Source: Eledone cirrhosa (lineage: Eukaryota). From it: a stretch of DNA of 64,000 bases. The notes beneath the pieces are model-generated. The model was not told the DNA's origin and did no database searches. It saw only the letters and a list, made by a program, of their open reading frames with translations. Below are positions 13,137 to 28,494 of this stretch, piece by piece. Position numbers and translations under genes: made by a program. Position 1 is the stretch's first letter. Each line of letters begins with the position of its first letter. The stretch spans positions 79,050,001-79,114,000 of the forward strand of contig OZ024740.1 in NCBI GenBank assembly GCA_964016885.1, read 5' to 3'.

Positions 13137-13957
13137 TTTCATTGTCCAACAATACAATAAAGAATTCATTATCCATTTCCCTGCTAATCACGAGTCTCAC
13201 AGTACCATTGTCTAAAGAATGATGAGCTCTTCTCTAAGACTATTACAGAACTTATAGAATGACAATGCAAGATACAATAAGATATAGTTTAAGACAGAAA
13301 AGAGAAACAGATACATTAATGGCAGGTAATAGATAATTAGTTCAATTCCTGTCAGTAGATCTTTTTCTCTTTTACACTTCAAAATACTTCAAATAATGTT
13401 TTATGTTATTTTACTTTAAAAATTGTTCCTGTTAATTCAATCACAAATAAGGATATCATCGATTTTAAGCATTAATATAACCCTCTCGATAATGCATATT
13501 TTTTAATGAAAATTTTAAGAGATACATTTTCCATTATGTAAATTAGGATTATATTGATAAAATTAAAAGGAAAAAAAATTATATTATTTTTTTCACTTCC
13601 TTCATTATTGGATGTAATTCCATTCATTAATGGATACTTTCAATGTGTTTATAGTTGGCTAAATGTAAACTTTCCAATTTCATGTTGTTAACTCTTTAGT
13701 TACCAACCTGGCCAAAACCGGCTCTGGTTCTATGAAATAAAACCATCCATTTTAAAAGTTTCCGATTCAGATTAAAATCTTCCAGCATAATCTTATATAA
13801 GAGCCTTACATTAGGTTACTATGTTAGTAATGAAATAATAACTTTAATAAATCCCTCAAAATTCTTCATTAATTAATTGAAACATGTATTTCATGAGAAA
13901 TGTGGTCAGGAAAGGATTAATGTATATTATATATGCCTGAATTATAAATCATTATTA

Positions 13958-14167
13958 TTGTCAGTATCAGTAGAGCGTCAGACAACATGCCCTGCAGCAT
14001 AGAGGTACAACCCTATATGTTCTGAGTTCAAATCTTGCCGATGTTAGCTTTGTCTTTCATCCTTACGGGGTTGATAAGATAAAGTACCAGTAACACACTG
14101 AGGTTGATTTAATCAACTTTCCCCTCTCCCAAAATTGTTGGCCTTGTGCCTGAATCAGAAACCATTA
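13958..14167 (+). mobile_element. tRNA-derived SINE (long-tail variant)
   Basis: B-box GAGTTCAAATC and SINE central block. Confidence 0.8.
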
Positions 14168-14744
14168 TCTATATATATAAAGTTGTAGTTCCTGTCTGTT
14201 TGTTTGTTTGTTTGTTCACAAACTCCTCCTATATATTCTGAAACTGCATTGCCCAGGGTATTTGGATAAGTATATTTCATTATAATCAAAGAGTTCTCCG
14301 GGGGCACAAACCCCCGCTGACAATTTTTTCCCTTCGATTTATATGAAATTTAAACCATAGGTAAATGACAAGATATGATGCCTATTCACAAAATTTCAGT
14401 AATATTAAGACACCCTAATGGTGGTTAAACCCCCTATAGTGAACATTTTGGAAGCCCAAATAAAATAATGCTTTACACAAAAATGAAATGATCAAGTTTT
14501 GAATTGATATTTTGTAAAAAATTATTTACAAGAAACAAAATAAGAATAAAATTTAATAATGTAATTTTGATTTGATATATAAAAAAAATAATGTTTTCCA
14601 ATTTTTTATGCATTACATTTTACATTGAGTAATAATGAAATGCAGAGTTTTTCTCCATAAATTATATCACTGATTTAAAATCAATCATCATTTTCTTACA
14701 AAAAGAATGTGTGAAACGCAGCAAGGCGCGGGTAATTCGGCTAG
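14168..14744 (+). mobile_element. Non-autonomous Helitron
   Basis: A|TCTATATATATAAA start, (GTTT)n, GC-rich subterminal stretch, CTAG|T end, no TSD. Confidence 0.7.
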
Positions 14745-14895
14745 TTATTAATATTATTGGAGTGGGATTTGTGGAATCATTAAAGTATTGTGTGAAATGC
14801 CTGTGGGGATAAGTTCTGATAAGATGGAAGATAAAAATCGATCCTTGCAATATTTCGACTATGCAATCTATATCCTTGTTCTATCTTGCAGAATA

Positions 14896-14986
<91 letters not shown>

Positions 14987-15534
14987 ATATAGAATTTAAA
15001 AATACACACAAATACATCCAATATTTAATTACATAAATATTTCGCATAAAAATATAAATCAAAACGAAAAGGTACCCAGTGATGCATGTGGGTGTGCTTG
15101 GTTGTTCCAGCATCTTAGTCTCGCTATCACCTGTAGTAATGATGCGAATGTGTTGACTTGCCTCAAAAGGTATTAGAGGGTGGCTCCAGCGCCCTTTGTG
15201 GTACGTGACCGATTGATATGCATTACTTAGTCTTGAATTAATATTTTCTTTCGTTTTCATTCTATATATTTATGTGAAATATGTATGTAATTAAGTATTA
15301 TCTGGATGCATATTTTTATTCTGAAAGAATTATAAATCATTTTTGTTATTGTTTTTCCCTTTTTTTTCTTTCTCTTGCTTTGATCATTGTATTTGTAAAG
15401 TTCCTAGCAATAGTTAATTGTATTTATTATATGTGTTTAGGTTTGTGTTTATATTTTCATTTTGAAGGAATTGTGAACAATCTGTAATGTTATTTATACA
15501 ACTGTGAATAAAATAATGTGTAACTATATATGAA

Positions 15535-15919
15535 ATAATTGTTTCTACTTTTGGCACAAGGCCATCAATTACCCAGTACATTACTGGTACTTTATTTTAT
15601 CAACCCCGTAAGGATAAAAGGCAAAGTTGACCTCGGCGGAGTTTGAACTCAGAATGGAAAAGGCTGTATCTCTATGCGTCAAAGCATGTTGGCCGACTCT
15701 ACCGATACTGCCAATCCACATGAAATAATATAATTGTCTCTACTTTAGGTACAAGGCCAGCAATTACCCAGTGCATTACTGGTACTTTATTTTATCGACC
15801 CGGTAAGGATGAAAGGCAAAGTCAACCTCGGCGGGATTTGAACTCAGATCGTAAAGGGACGTAACTATGCTGGAAAGCATGGCGTCCGACTCTCTACTGA
15901 TACTGCCAATCCACCGCCC
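15535..15919 (-). mobile_element. Two adjacent tRNA-derived SINEs (about 15535-15718 and 15731-15919)
   Basis: Reverse-complement SINE consensus twice. Confidence 0.85.
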
Positions 15920-16234
15920 TTTGTCATCATTGGACGAAAGCAACACGAGTCGATATGTCTATATCACTCAATGATATAGGAAATGAATTCGTAGCCTCAG
16001 AATAGCTATTGATTTGATTTTGTACGGAATACATAAACAATGTGTAGAATCGGGACAGAGAATAACAACAAATATTCAAGAAATATAAAACTATTATCCA
16101 AGGGAGGTTACTTAAATTCTTTAGAGTTACCTCCCTTGACTAGTAGTTTTACATTAGTTATTCTCTCTGGAGAATTTATACGTTAATAGTTTTTCATTGG
16201 ACGTATCAATGTATATTTCTTAGCTATCGATAGA

Positions 16235-16390
16235 CAAGTAAAATTCCATTATAACGAAATTTTTTTCGATCTCCGAGTTAATAACAAACAAATGCTCGAT
16301 TTGTTTCGGTCGATCTCGTTATAAAGAATTTTTCGTTACAACGATTTTTTTAATACCCTGTGAATTTCGTTATATCGGAATTTCACTGTA
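16235..16390. mobile_element. pogo/Tigger-like MITE
   Basis: CAAGTAAAATTCCATTATAACGAAAT ... ATTTCGTTATATCGGAATTTCACTG-TA TIRs. Confidence 0.6.
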
Positions 16391-17135
16391 TATCTTATAA
16401 TTGTAACACACATACACACTCTGAATGAGAGAATGTGATATAATAACCTATTCAAGACTAGAGAAACGTTTTAATGTAAAAGGGAGATAACTTTAAACAA
16501 ACGTACGACGGCAGATTATGAAGTTTATCACAGAGTTGCTACACATACTACAAATATCAACCAAATGTCTTAAATTAATTGGACCTCTTTGTGGTCCTTA
16601 TACAAATTTCCCACAAATCTATTATCAAGATAGGTCAAGCCAACTTTTATGTGGTTGCCACACATGCTAAAAATAACAGCCAAATCACTGACAAATCACT
16701 TCTTACATTCTGAAGAAACAAACGAACCTTCATAAGATCGCCACATATGTTAGAAATAGTAAGCACATTTCTCAAATACCTCATTTCTGTTTGTAAGCAG
16801 TTAGACCTTTCTATTGTCACTAAAAATGCTAGAAGTAGCAGCCAAATACCAATTTAAATCACTTATTTCCTTCCAAAAGTAAGTGTACCCCTTTGTGGTT
16901 AATACACATGCTAGAAATAGTAGCAACATCTCTCTCAAATCATTCATTACAAATGCTAATTTCTCTCAAATCACTCATTAACGTGAAAATAAGTGAACCA
17001 TTGTGTGATAACTTTTTAAACCCAGATTTGTAAGCTGTGTTATGTCACTGTTAAACCCTAGGTCATCTTTCAGCCAAATTTCCCTCAAATCACATATCAC
17101 CATCCTAAACTAACTTCCTGGATGTAACACTTAGC

Positions 17136-17366
17136 TTAACGCTTTAACATTTATATTACTCTATATATATATTATTGTATTTTCATGCTAAACACTTTAT
17201 TTCACATAATATCTCACGTAATACCGAATCTATGAGATTTTGATATTATTCATTTTGAGAACAATACTTTGATATCAGTATGAGTGGCCAGTTGGGGGCC
17301 TGTTTGAACAGAAAGAGGTGAGAGAATTCTGGCTGGATATGGCCAGTTTAGATGCTAAAGAGTTAA
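17136..17366. mobile_element. piggyBac-type MITE (same family as 11841)
   Basis: TTAA flanks, homologous interior. Confidence 0.7.
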
Positions 17367-17374
17367 ATACAGGA

Positions 17375-17905
17375 CTAATTGAACCTTTCCACAAAAATAA
17401 TGAAAATCTAGCCTACATTAACTATAATTCTAACTATCCACGCTCCATAATTAAATCAGTAGCACATAGTATATCCCTTAGAATATTCTGCCTATCATCT
17501 ACACTAGAAATATTTAAGGAACATACAAACTACTACAAGACAGCATTACGCAGGCACATCACAACGAGGGCCTCAAATACATCTATGATAGCGACCACAA
17601 CACACACACCTCGCAACAACTATGGCACCTACCCTAATAGGAATAACAGATATAGGACTAGACATAAAAATAAACAACATATACAAAGAATAGCCAAACA
17701 AAATACGAGCATGTGAACCTTCGAAAACTCTAAAAGATCTAGAAATAAAAAATATTTATGGTATAATCCAATTATCAACTATTTCATAAGCACCAACCTA
17801 CCCTTTATCTTCTTTAATTTAATAGATAAACACTTCCCAAAACCACATAAATACCACAAAATCTTCAATAGGAAAACTATGAAACTATCTTCAAACTGCC
17901 TGCAT
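17375..17905 (+). pseudogene. Penelope-like element RT thumb/linker remnant, frameshifted
   Basis: PFHKNNENLAYINYNSNYPRSIIKSVAHSISLRIFCLSS..F....YYKTAL, then WYNP...TNL..FFNLIDKHFPKPHKYHKIFNRKTMKLSSNCL; motifs typical of PLE ORFs. Confidence 0.75.
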
Positions 17906-18354
17906 ACATTGTTAGCTGTCAGAACACTGCATCCTTCAATACTTCCATGCTTCCTGAAATTCGCCAACACTACACCTGATACCCCCCCCCCCCTTCACTC
18001 ACACGCACACATATGTCTGTGTGTATATCATGGCTAACACACTGTTCCTGACATTTTTACATTATTCTATGTACTATACATGCACCTTTGATGAGTTGTA
18101 GTGCACTTGAGCACTGTACACAATAATTTCATTCATTATATGCTAGAAATAGTTGCCCATTCTTCCTCAAATCACTCACTATTCTTTGAAAGAAATGAAA
18201 CCCATCTTGTGGCAGTTATACATGCTAAAAAAAGCAGTTCAATCTCTCTCTACAATATATTAATTATATTAATTAGTAAATATTAAATATATTCTATATC
18301 TAACATTGATCTAGTCTATCACATGATTAGATGGCTACTATTGATACTTTAGAT

Positions 18355-18855
18355 TACTGTATGTGGATATCACGACAAAAAGCACCCAGCCCACACTGTA
18401 ACTTGGTCGTGTAGGTGTCATGACAAAAAGCACCCAGCCCACACTGTAAAGTGGTCATGTAGGTTACACAACAAAAAGTGCTCAGTCCACACTGTAAACT
18501 AGTCATGTTGGTGTCATGACAAAATGTGCCCAGTCCACACTGTAAAGTGGTCATGTAGGTAATGTGATAAAAAGCACCCAGCCCACACTGTAAACTAGTT
18601 GTGTTGGTGTCACAACAAAAAGCACCCAGCCCGCACTGTAAAGTGGTTGTATAGGTATCATGACAAAAAGCACCCAGCCTACACTGTAAATGTGGTTGGT
18701 GTTAGGAATGGCAACCAGCTGTAGAAACCAAACTAAAACCAGTCCTGTATGAGCAAGACATGGTGATTGGACCTTGCTTGTCTCATAATGGGGCAACTCG
18801 TCTAATCCATGCTAGTATGGAAAAATGGACGTTAAACGGTGATGATGATGATGAT
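18355..18855 (+). mobile_element. RTE 3'-UTR-related short element with internal tandem subrepeats and (GAT)n tail
   Basis: AAAAGCACCCAGCCCACACTGTAAA repeats; TGGTTGGTGTTAGGAA and (GAT)n tail shared with the RTE 3' UTR; another copy at about 24690-24960. Confidence 0.7.
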
Positions 18856-19404
18856 TTAAGGACCTGTAACCCTTGATGGAATCATAGGGATGTTAGTGAC
18901 ATATGACATGTCTTGAGAAAGGATTTTAATGTGAGTGAAAAAAACAAAAAAAAAACAAAAGAAAACAAAAACAACCACTAATTTACCACTAAGTGTGACA
19001 ATCGACCACACATCACAAGGGTCAACGGATAATTTTGAGGCAATTTTGCAGCATTATTGCGAGTGATGGTGAGGCTAAGCCTATCTATGCTATAACATTT
19101 TGTCAGCAAACTGTTATGGGGGTGACTTGGATTGGAAATGTTTCTATGTCTTATGAGCCATGGTAAATAAAAAATGAAGCCATAATCATATAAGGTTGTG
19201 GAAACAGCTTGTTTTAAAAATACTTTAATGTTTTTTCATTATAAGCATTCAATGTTTAATAAAATGCATGTTTTCCACCAGTAATCACCAAGATTAATAA
19301 GGAAAACAGAGAATATTTATATGCAAGTTGACATATTCAGTGTCGACTGAAATGAAGTTTCAGTAAGAATTTGGCCCAAGGATTGTAATATGCTAAACAC
19401 TGGT

Positions 19405-20355
19405 TCTCCCTAAAAATGAAAGGCAGGTTATACGATGCCTGCATACGAACAGCAATGCTGCATGGCAGTGAGACCTGGGCATTGTGTGCAGAGGATATAC
19501 GCAGACTAGAGAGGAACGAAGCTTGCATGCTCCGCTGGATGTGCAATAGTAATATACGTGAACGGCAAAGCATAAACGAACTAAGGAAAAATTAGAAATA
19601 AGAGGGATCAGATGTTGTTTACTCGAGAGAAGGCTACGTTGGTACGGTCACGTGATGCGCATGAAAGACGACAGCTGTATAACAAAGTGCAGGGCAATAA
19701 AGATAGACGGTAGCCACGGAGTAGGCAGACCCAGAAAAACCTGGGACGACATGATAAATTCCGACCTCACACGCTTACACCTCTCCAAGACAATGTCACT
19801 GGACCGAGACCTTTGGCGGTACTCAGTAATAGAGAAGACCCGCCTTACCTAAATACAAAGTAAAAACCTACTACAGTCAGTAGGCATCTCTATCAAAACA
19901 CACCCCCGTCCCACCACCTCCACCCCATCCACACCGCCCCTTTCAATGTAAAGTTATGTTGGTCCCACAACATCCAGGCCGAAACAAATGAGATCGTGTA
20001 GGTGTCACAACAAAAAAACACACAGTCCACGCTGTAAATGTGGCCGTGTAGGCAACACGGTAAAAGCCTCCCAGCCCCACACTGTAAATGTGGTTGGTGT
20101 TAGGAAGGGCATCCAGCTGTAGAAAACCCGCCAGACAGTCCACGCTGTAATGTGGCCGTGTAGGCAACACGGTAAAAACCTCCCAGCCCCACACTGTAAA
20201 TGTGGTTGGTGTTAGGAAGGGCATCCAGCTGTAGAAAACCCGCCAGACAGTCCTATGCGAGCAAGACAACCACTCTTGCCTCAAGTGGGAAAACCCCCGT
20301 CCAAACCCATGCAAGCGTGGAACACGGACGCTAAACCTGATGATGATGATGATGA
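19405..20355 (+). mobile_element. 5'-truncated RTE LINE, same family as 6150-7222
   Basis: MKGRLYDACIRTAMLHGSETW... with a frameshift, GRPRKTW, duplicated 3'-UTR block, (GAT)n tail. Confidence 0.9.
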
Positions 20356-22951
20356 CTGCTGTAACCCACACATAAACCATATACATTTAGCCTTAACTAC
20401 TAAAATATTTAATGATCTAAGCTTATTACACACTTTTGGGGTGGGGGCCTACATTTCACACTTCGCCTGGCCTTATTACCAGCTTTTCATGGGCTTGAAT
20501 ATGGTATGAAATAAAATAAATGAAAGCTGTACAATTTGTAATATTGTTTAAGCCTAGGTTAGCTCTAAGAGAGGAAGACTTATAATCAAAGACATTCCAA
20601 TTATGATTGACCTAATTCTTCTTTTGGTTATTGCCTATCTAGGATTATAGTGTAACGTGTCCATCCTTTTATAGCTGGTAGAGTGTAATTTGAAGGACAT
20701 TTGAGTGGCATCTCTAGTATGTCAATCAACCACAGAGATTCACTTATTACATTTTTTTTATGTGAACTATATTTTACAAAAAGAATTTATACAAGCAGGG
20801 AAAAGCAGATGTAAAATGATGATGATGATGATGATGATGGAAATATGAAAAAGAAAGATAAAAACAAAATTAAGTAATGAAAAGAGGGGGGGGGTAAAGA
20901 AGGGCAGATTTGGCTGTATGGGAAAGTAGAGGAAAGGACTATAAATGATATAAATGAGAGGAAAAGGAGAGAAAAGGCAAGGACTATTAGCCACGGAAGA
21001 AAGGGATGGTGAAGGGAAGAGAGTGATGGGATCTATGCTTAGGCTGGGGTGATGTTTTGGTGCAGCCTCCAGACAAAACTACAAAGACATATATTTTGAA
21101 TATAGAGTACACTGATAGGCTAGAATGACTTATCAAAGTACTTCATACACACACGTGAATGTAGAAAACATGGAGACATGTTTATACAGGTACAACATCG
21201 ATTATCCAGAAACTTGTGGCCAGGCTGTTGATGGAGATCATATATGTTGTTAACAGAAGTGGAGAAGACCTAAAAAGATATAGTAGCCGATACTGAGGTC
21301 AAATTTCGACATTTTGAGAAGAATTTGACATATTGAAGTAAGTGGATTAATGTTGTTATAACAGACCATCTCACACTATACCAACATGGGGATGAAAGAT
21401 CATGAAAAAGCCTGTATGTGGCCACTTTACCTGCTAGAAATAGCAGGCAGACTTCCCTTAAATCAGACCCTAAAATCTTAAAAAGTGGGAAGGATATAAG
21501 ATGACATTGTCTTCTGGCTCTTTGTGTTCTGAGTTCAAATCCTACTGTCTGGTAGACTTAATCTGCTACCAAGTTTAACATCACTACCTGGCGACTTGGG
21601 TGCCTTTAGTGGAGTTCCCTCTGTTGAAAGGATTCAGACCAGGTCTCTGGTTTGAGAATACCTCTCTCCGTCCTATTAGCCTTGAAGGCTCCCCAAAGAG
21701 TCATGAATACAGCTGTGCCTCTTGACTAGTCAATAAATAAGGGTTTCTGATTTAGGCACAAGGCCAGCAATTACCCAGTGCATTACTGGTACTTTATTTT
21801 ATCGACCCCGTAAGGATGAAAGGCAAAGTAAACCTCGGAGTCCATAGTGAGTTGTTTCAGGTTTAGTGGAAACCATTTCACTTTGCTTATGATGCACTGG
21901 GGCTGCGGTGCGCCCTGCTCATGGGCCGCCATTTGCTCACAATAGTGAGAGATGGGGGAGAGCTGCAGAGACAGAGGCAGTGACAGTGGAAGTTTGGTTC
22001 CATTGTGTTCGTGCCTATAATGATGGTGACTATGGCCATCAGTTGTAATCGAGTATGACTTGGTAGTGTGTACCATGCTTTCACCAAGGTTTTAGGTGCC
22101 CATGCAGTCATGGGCTGACACAGACACTCTCTCAATTCTCTCTCCCTTGATCCAATGGAACATTCAAGATGTAACAGATGGAAGAAAAGAGGGTTGCACC
22201 AACACTGGGTCGGTATTTTATTTACTGACACCAAAAAGATCAAAGGGAAAGTGGACCTTGATGGAATTTAAATTTTAAATATAAAGAACCAAGGCAGGTG
22301 CCCCAGCATGGCCTCAGTTGGATGGCTGGAACAGGTAAAAGAGTAAAAGGGAAACCAGAAAAAATACATAACACTCTAATGCTTCTACCAAATCAATCAC
22401 AAATTTATCATTATTATGAGGATATACTGGTATAAAAAATATTTTATCTAAATTAAATGTAATGTGAATAATACAAAATGGTTTCTCACAGATAGGACAT
22501 CATTCATACAGATGTTTATTTTAATATACATACCTATATATAGCCGTATCTGGTGACAGGTGATATTTTAAGAAAGTGACAAATAATTTGACAATTGTAT
22601 TGTGATTTCATTGAGAACAATGTCACTATCAACAGTGATTGTGTTTCAATGAAAAGAGAAGTAAAGACTAAAGTAGCATAGTTTATATCATTTGAAAGTT
22701 GTTTGTCTGGTTATAAAAACTATAGTTTTAACTTCAGGTGAAATAATTTACTCACAGAGACCAGACATTTACATAAGCAGCAATAATTAATTTAGTGTTC
22801 ACAACATTAATGCAAATAGCATTCAAAATTACAAAAATCAATAGAAATATTTACGCCAAGAATTAAAAGCAAAATAATATTAGCAAATGACAAATAGTGT
22901 TTTAATTATTTCAGCAAGTATAGGAGACAGCTCCAGATATTTTTCAGTAGC

Positions 22952-23308
22952 ATGGAGTTGTGGCCCTTTACGTCCTGAGTTCAAATCTTGCCGAGGTTAA
23001 TTTTGCTTTCATCTTTATGGGGTTGATAAAATAAAGTACCATTAATGTACTGGGATAATTGCTGGCCTTGTGCCAAAAGTAGAAACAATTATTACCTCAT
23101 CAACATTGGTAGAGCGTCGGGCAAGATGCATTGTAGCATATCGTTATGTCTCTTTACAATCTAAATTCAAATCCCGCCGAGGTTAGCTTTGCCTTTCATC
23201 CTTACAGGGTTGATAAAATAAAGCACCAGTAATGTACTTTTGTCGATTTATTTGACTTTCCTCTCACTCAAAATTGTTTGCCTTGTGCTAAATCAGAAAC
23301 CATTATTA
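22952..23308 (+). mobile_element. Two tandem tRNA-derived SINE copies
   Basis: B-box and central block twice. Confidence 0.75.
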
Positions 23309-24071
23309 TCACATCATCAAAGAGTACTTTGCTGTTCTTGAAAAAGTTGTGATGAGAGAATCACAATGTAAAGATGTTAGAATGGTTAATGTAGAAATTA
23401 GAATTGAAAAGAGAATAAATTACTCAGGAATGCCATAAAATAAGTTAGTGTTAATATATCTAATGGTGATAACATTGAAATTCTAATTACAAATAATTAT
23501 ATGTATGGCCCCGTAACTCCTGAGTGAGTCTTAAGGGCACTGTATTGATATATATATAGTATTTCTAGGGCATTTAAAACCTGGCAGAGCCCATCTCCTC
23601 TCCAGCTCTGAATTCAGCAAATTTATTCCAGAGTAGCATAGAGAGGGAGAAAATGGAAGTGAGAAAAAGAGATATTTGACTCCAGTGCCAGACTGGTACT
23701 TTTTTTATCAGCCTTGAATGGATGAAAGGCAAAGTTGACCACAGCAGGATTTGAACTCAGAGAAGAGAGAGCCAAAATGAATACCGTAAAGCAATCTATC
23801 CAACGTTCTAAAGATTCTGCCAAGTCGCCACTGTACAAATAATGCAGGGAGAAAAAAAATCAATATTAGACACTAACTAATATTATTTAAAATATTTTAG
23901 CAAATACAGGAGACAACTCTAGGCATATTTCAGTCTTATTATGAGCTCATCGGTAAAGTATAGATGATTCTGGTAACCTCCTCATTAAGTCCAGCATAGC
24001 TATGACCATTTGTGAGTCTATAATTAAGAAAATAAAGAACATCAAACCTAAAACCATAAAAATTATTGGTT

Positions 24072-24487
24072 TTAACCCTTTAGCATTTAAACTGGCCATA
24101 TCCAGCTAGAATTCTCTCACCTCTTTCTGGTCAAACCAACCATAACCAGCCACTCATACCGACGTTAAGGTATTGTTCTCAAAATAAATAATATTAAAAT
24201 CTCATGGATTCAATATTATGCGAGATAATTATGTGAGGTAAAGCCTTTATCATGAAAATATAATTATTTCTACTTTAGGCACAAGGCCAGCAATTACCCA
24301 GTGCATTACTGGCACTTTATTTTATCGACCTCGTAAGGATGAAAGGCAAAGTCAACCTCGGCGAGATTTGAACTCAGATCGTAAAGGGACGTAACTATGC
24401 TGGATAGCATGACGTCCAACCCTCTACCGATACTGCCAATCCAAATATAATAGTATATATAGAGTAATGTAAATGTTAAAGGGTTAA
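24072..24487. mobile_element. piggyBac-type MITE interrupted by a SINE (24262-24443, -)
   Basis: TTAA-CCCTTTAGCATT ... AATGTTAAAGGG-TTAA with nested SINE. Confidence 0.75.
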
Positions 24488-25719
24488 CGTTTCTAATCCC
24501 CATTACCTAATTGTCCTATGCTCTCTCACTGCTACTGAGATAGCTGTGACACTATCACTGCTTAAAACATTCATGGTGAGATTTATATATGTTTATTATA
24601 TATAAACATATCATAAATGCCTTTATATACACCTCTAGTGTTTACTCAGCTCTAGAAATGAGATGATAGGATTGGGGTCCCTATCATTCCACTGCAAAGT
24701 GGTCGTGGAGGTGCTATGGCAAAAAAGCACCCAGCCCACACTGTAAAGTGGACGTGTAGGCGCCACGAAAAAGCACCCAGCACTCACTGTAAATGAGGTT
24801 GGTGTTAGGAAGGGCATCCAGCTGTAGAAATCTAGCCAGAATCAGTTCCCGTTTGAGCAAGGCATGGTCAGCCGACCGGATACTGCCCACAACAGGACAA
24901 CCTGTCTAACCCATGCTAGCGTGGAAGAACGGACGTAAAATGATGATGATGATGATGATTGTGAATCACACTATGTTAGTGCTATTATTAATTTGATTTA
25001 TATATTCTATATCACAATCAGTAAACATTAGCGCCATTAGTTATTGGTTTTCTACATGCAAATCACTGGTTAATTGCATTTCTGATCGTGGGAGTGTCAG
25101 GGAGTTGTATGTAGAACTTGGTGCAGAACAAATATCCTAAGGAACTATGTTCAAAGGAGCACCAGATTTTTCTTTTCTCTCAATATTTACATCATTTTCA
25201 AAAGACACACATACACACACGTACACTGACCCAGATCCCCCGCAATCTGCATTGCCTACACTGTAAAATAAATCTTGCTTAACTAATTTCCCAAGAGTTA
25301 TGTCCCTTGTGTATTCTTTTAGATTTTTATACGGCCCTAAAGGGACATGATCAAAGATATTCTAGCCATGATCATCACATCTTTTTCTTTTATTTAGAGG
25401 GGTGAGGGGACAGTGTTTGTAGGATTGCATTATTTAGTGTGTCCTTCTTTTCTGTGTTTCAGTGAGATTTATTTGCTATTTTCCAGACAAGGTTTGTCTT
25501 GAAATATGAGTAGAGAGATAAATGAAGCTACATTACACCAGTTGACACACCACTACTACCGCAACCATACCACTGCCACTACCATTATCATAGCTTTAAC
25601 ACTATCACTGGCATATAACCTTCACCACAATGAACATACAACGGTCATTACCATTAACATACCATTGACACTACCATTGATATACAACCACCATTACCGC
25701 TTACATACCACCAATACCA

Positions 25720-27730
25720 CCACCACCTCTACAATACCACTTCCATACCACCACCATCACCACAATACCACTAAACCACCACCACCTCTACAATACCACT
25801 ATACCACCATCGCCACTAACACCACCTCTACAATACCATTAAACTACCACTACCACCTCTACAATACCATTATACCACCACTGCCACCACCACGACCTCT
25901 ACAATACCACTATACCACCACCACCACCACCACCACCACCACTACCTCTACCTCTACAATACCATTAAACCACCACTGCCACCTCTACAATACTGCTACA
26001 CCACTACCACCACCACATCTACAATACCACTATACCACCACCACCACATCTACAATACCACTATACCACCACCACTATATTACTACTATACTACCACCAC
26101 TACCACCACAACCGCCATCTCTACAATACCACTATACCACCACCACTACCACCACCTCTACAATACCACTATACCTCCACCACCACCACTACATTACTAC
26201 TATACTACCACCACTACCACCAAAACCATCATCTCTACAATACCACTATACTACCACCACTACCACCACAACCACCATATCTACAATACCACTATACCAC
26301 CACCACCACTACAATACCACTAAACCACCACCATCACCACCACCACCTCTACAATACCACTATACCACCGCCACCACCTCTACAATACCACTATACCACC
26401 ACCACCTCTACAATACCACTACACCACCACCACCTCTACAATACCACTACACCACTACCACCACCACCACCTCCACAATACCACTATACCACCACCACCA
26501 CCACCACCTCCACAGTACCACTATACCACCTCCGCCACCACCTCTACAATACCACTATACCACCACCACCACCTCTACAATACCGCTACACAACTACCAC
26601 CACCGTCACCACCTCCACAATACCACTATATCACCACCACCACCACCTCTACAATACCACTATACCACTGCCACCACCTCCACAATACCACTATACCACC
26701 ACCACCACCTCTACAATACCACTCTACCACCGCCACCACCTCTACAATACCACTATACCACCACCACCTCTACAATACCGCTACACCACTACCACCACCG
26801 CCACCACCTCCACAATACCACTATACCACCACCACCGCCACCACCTCCACAATACCACTATACCACCACCACCACTACCTCTACAATACCACTATACCAC
26901 TGCCACCACCTCTACAATACCACTATACCACTACCACCACCACCTCTATAATACCGCTACACCACTACCACCACCGCCACCACCTCCACAATACCACTAT
27001 ACCACCACCACCACCACCACCTCTACAATACCACTATACCACCACCACCACTACAATACCACTACACCACTACCACCACCACCACCTCCACAATACCACT
27101 ATACCACCACCACCTCTACAATACCACTACACCACTACCACCACCACCACCTCCACAATACCACTATACCACCACCACCTCTACAATACCACTACACCAC
27201 TACTACCACCACCACCTCCACAATACCACTATACCACCACCACCACCACCACCTCCACAGTACCACTATACCACCACCGCCACCACCACCTCCACAGTAC
27301 CACTATACCACCACCACCACCACCACCTCCACAATACCACTATACCACCACCACCTCCACAGTACCACTATACCACCACCACCACCACCTCCACAGTACC
27401 ACTATACCACCACCGCCACCACCTCTACAATACCACTATACCACCACCACCACCACCACCTCTACAATACCACCACCACCTCTACCACCATCGCCACCAC
27501 CTCCACAATACCACTATACCACCACCACCACCACCACCTCTACTATACCACCACCACCACCACCACCTCCACAATACCACTATACCACCACCACCACCAC
27601 CACCTCTACAATACCACTATACCACCACCACCACCACCACCTCTACAATACCACTATACCACCACCACCACCACCACCTCCACAATACCACTATACCGCC
27701 TCCACAATACCACCACCACCGCCACCACCA
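25720..27730. repeat. (ACC)-rich minisatellite (CCACCACCTCTACAATACCACTATA variants)
   Basis: Periodic units; the 481-aa ORF 25506-26951 is its translation. Confidence 0.95.
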
Positions 27731-27859
27731 GTCATGAATTATAGTGTAAAACCAGTGGAATGCAGACCAATCCGCAGTGTCTCCATGGTGACTTGACGCA
27801 TTAGATATTTCACTTCACTGACAGCAGCAAGGTGTTGGAACAATTGATGGAACAGCCTG

Positions 27860-28490
27860 GCTGTTGATATATACAGATATCACTATATCACTGGGTGTAT
27901 AAATGGGATATCACTACATTTTCTTGTACATATAGAGAGCATATAACAACACTGTTGTGTGAGCATGCGGATATACATATGTGATATCATTACACCAAAA
28001 GGTGTATACAGAAGATATTACAACACTAGTAAATGTTTATAGGAGATATTACCCTACTGGTTGTATATAGGAGATATCACTATAGCAGTATGTGTATATA
28101 GATGATATCACTATGTAAGTGAGTGTATATAGGAAATATCATTGCAGTAGGAGTCTTATGGGATATCAATTCAGCGGTAGGTGTATATAGGAGATAGCAT
28201 TGCAGTAGATGTATATAGATGATATCACTACATCAGTGAATGTATATAGATATCACAACACCAGTGTATGTATATAGAGGATATCACTACACCAGTGGGT
28301 GTACATACATGATGTAACACAGCTGTATATACTAGTAGGTATATGAGATATTGCCACACCAATATTATATATATGGCATATAGTTACACCAGTGCGTGTA
28401 CACAGGGGATATTGTCTCACAAGTGGATATATATAAAGGATATTAATACACCGGTGGGTGCATATAGAGGATATTGCTACATCTGTGAGT
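27860..28490. repeat. Degenerate ~30-bp tandem repeat (GATATCACTACA..AGT..GTGTATATAG)
   Basis: Recurring GATATCACTA / GTATATAG. Confidence 0.75.
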
Positions 28491-28494
28491 ATGT

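Noticed and set aside
23900-23960. CCGATGA...GAAA on the minus strand
   Set aside because: Mutated core and poor stems I-III; too weak to call
25506-26951. 481-aa Pro/Thr/His-rich ORF resembling an extensin or mucin
   Set aside because: Translation of an ACC-rich minisatellite that frame-shifts among repeat phases; no coding evidence
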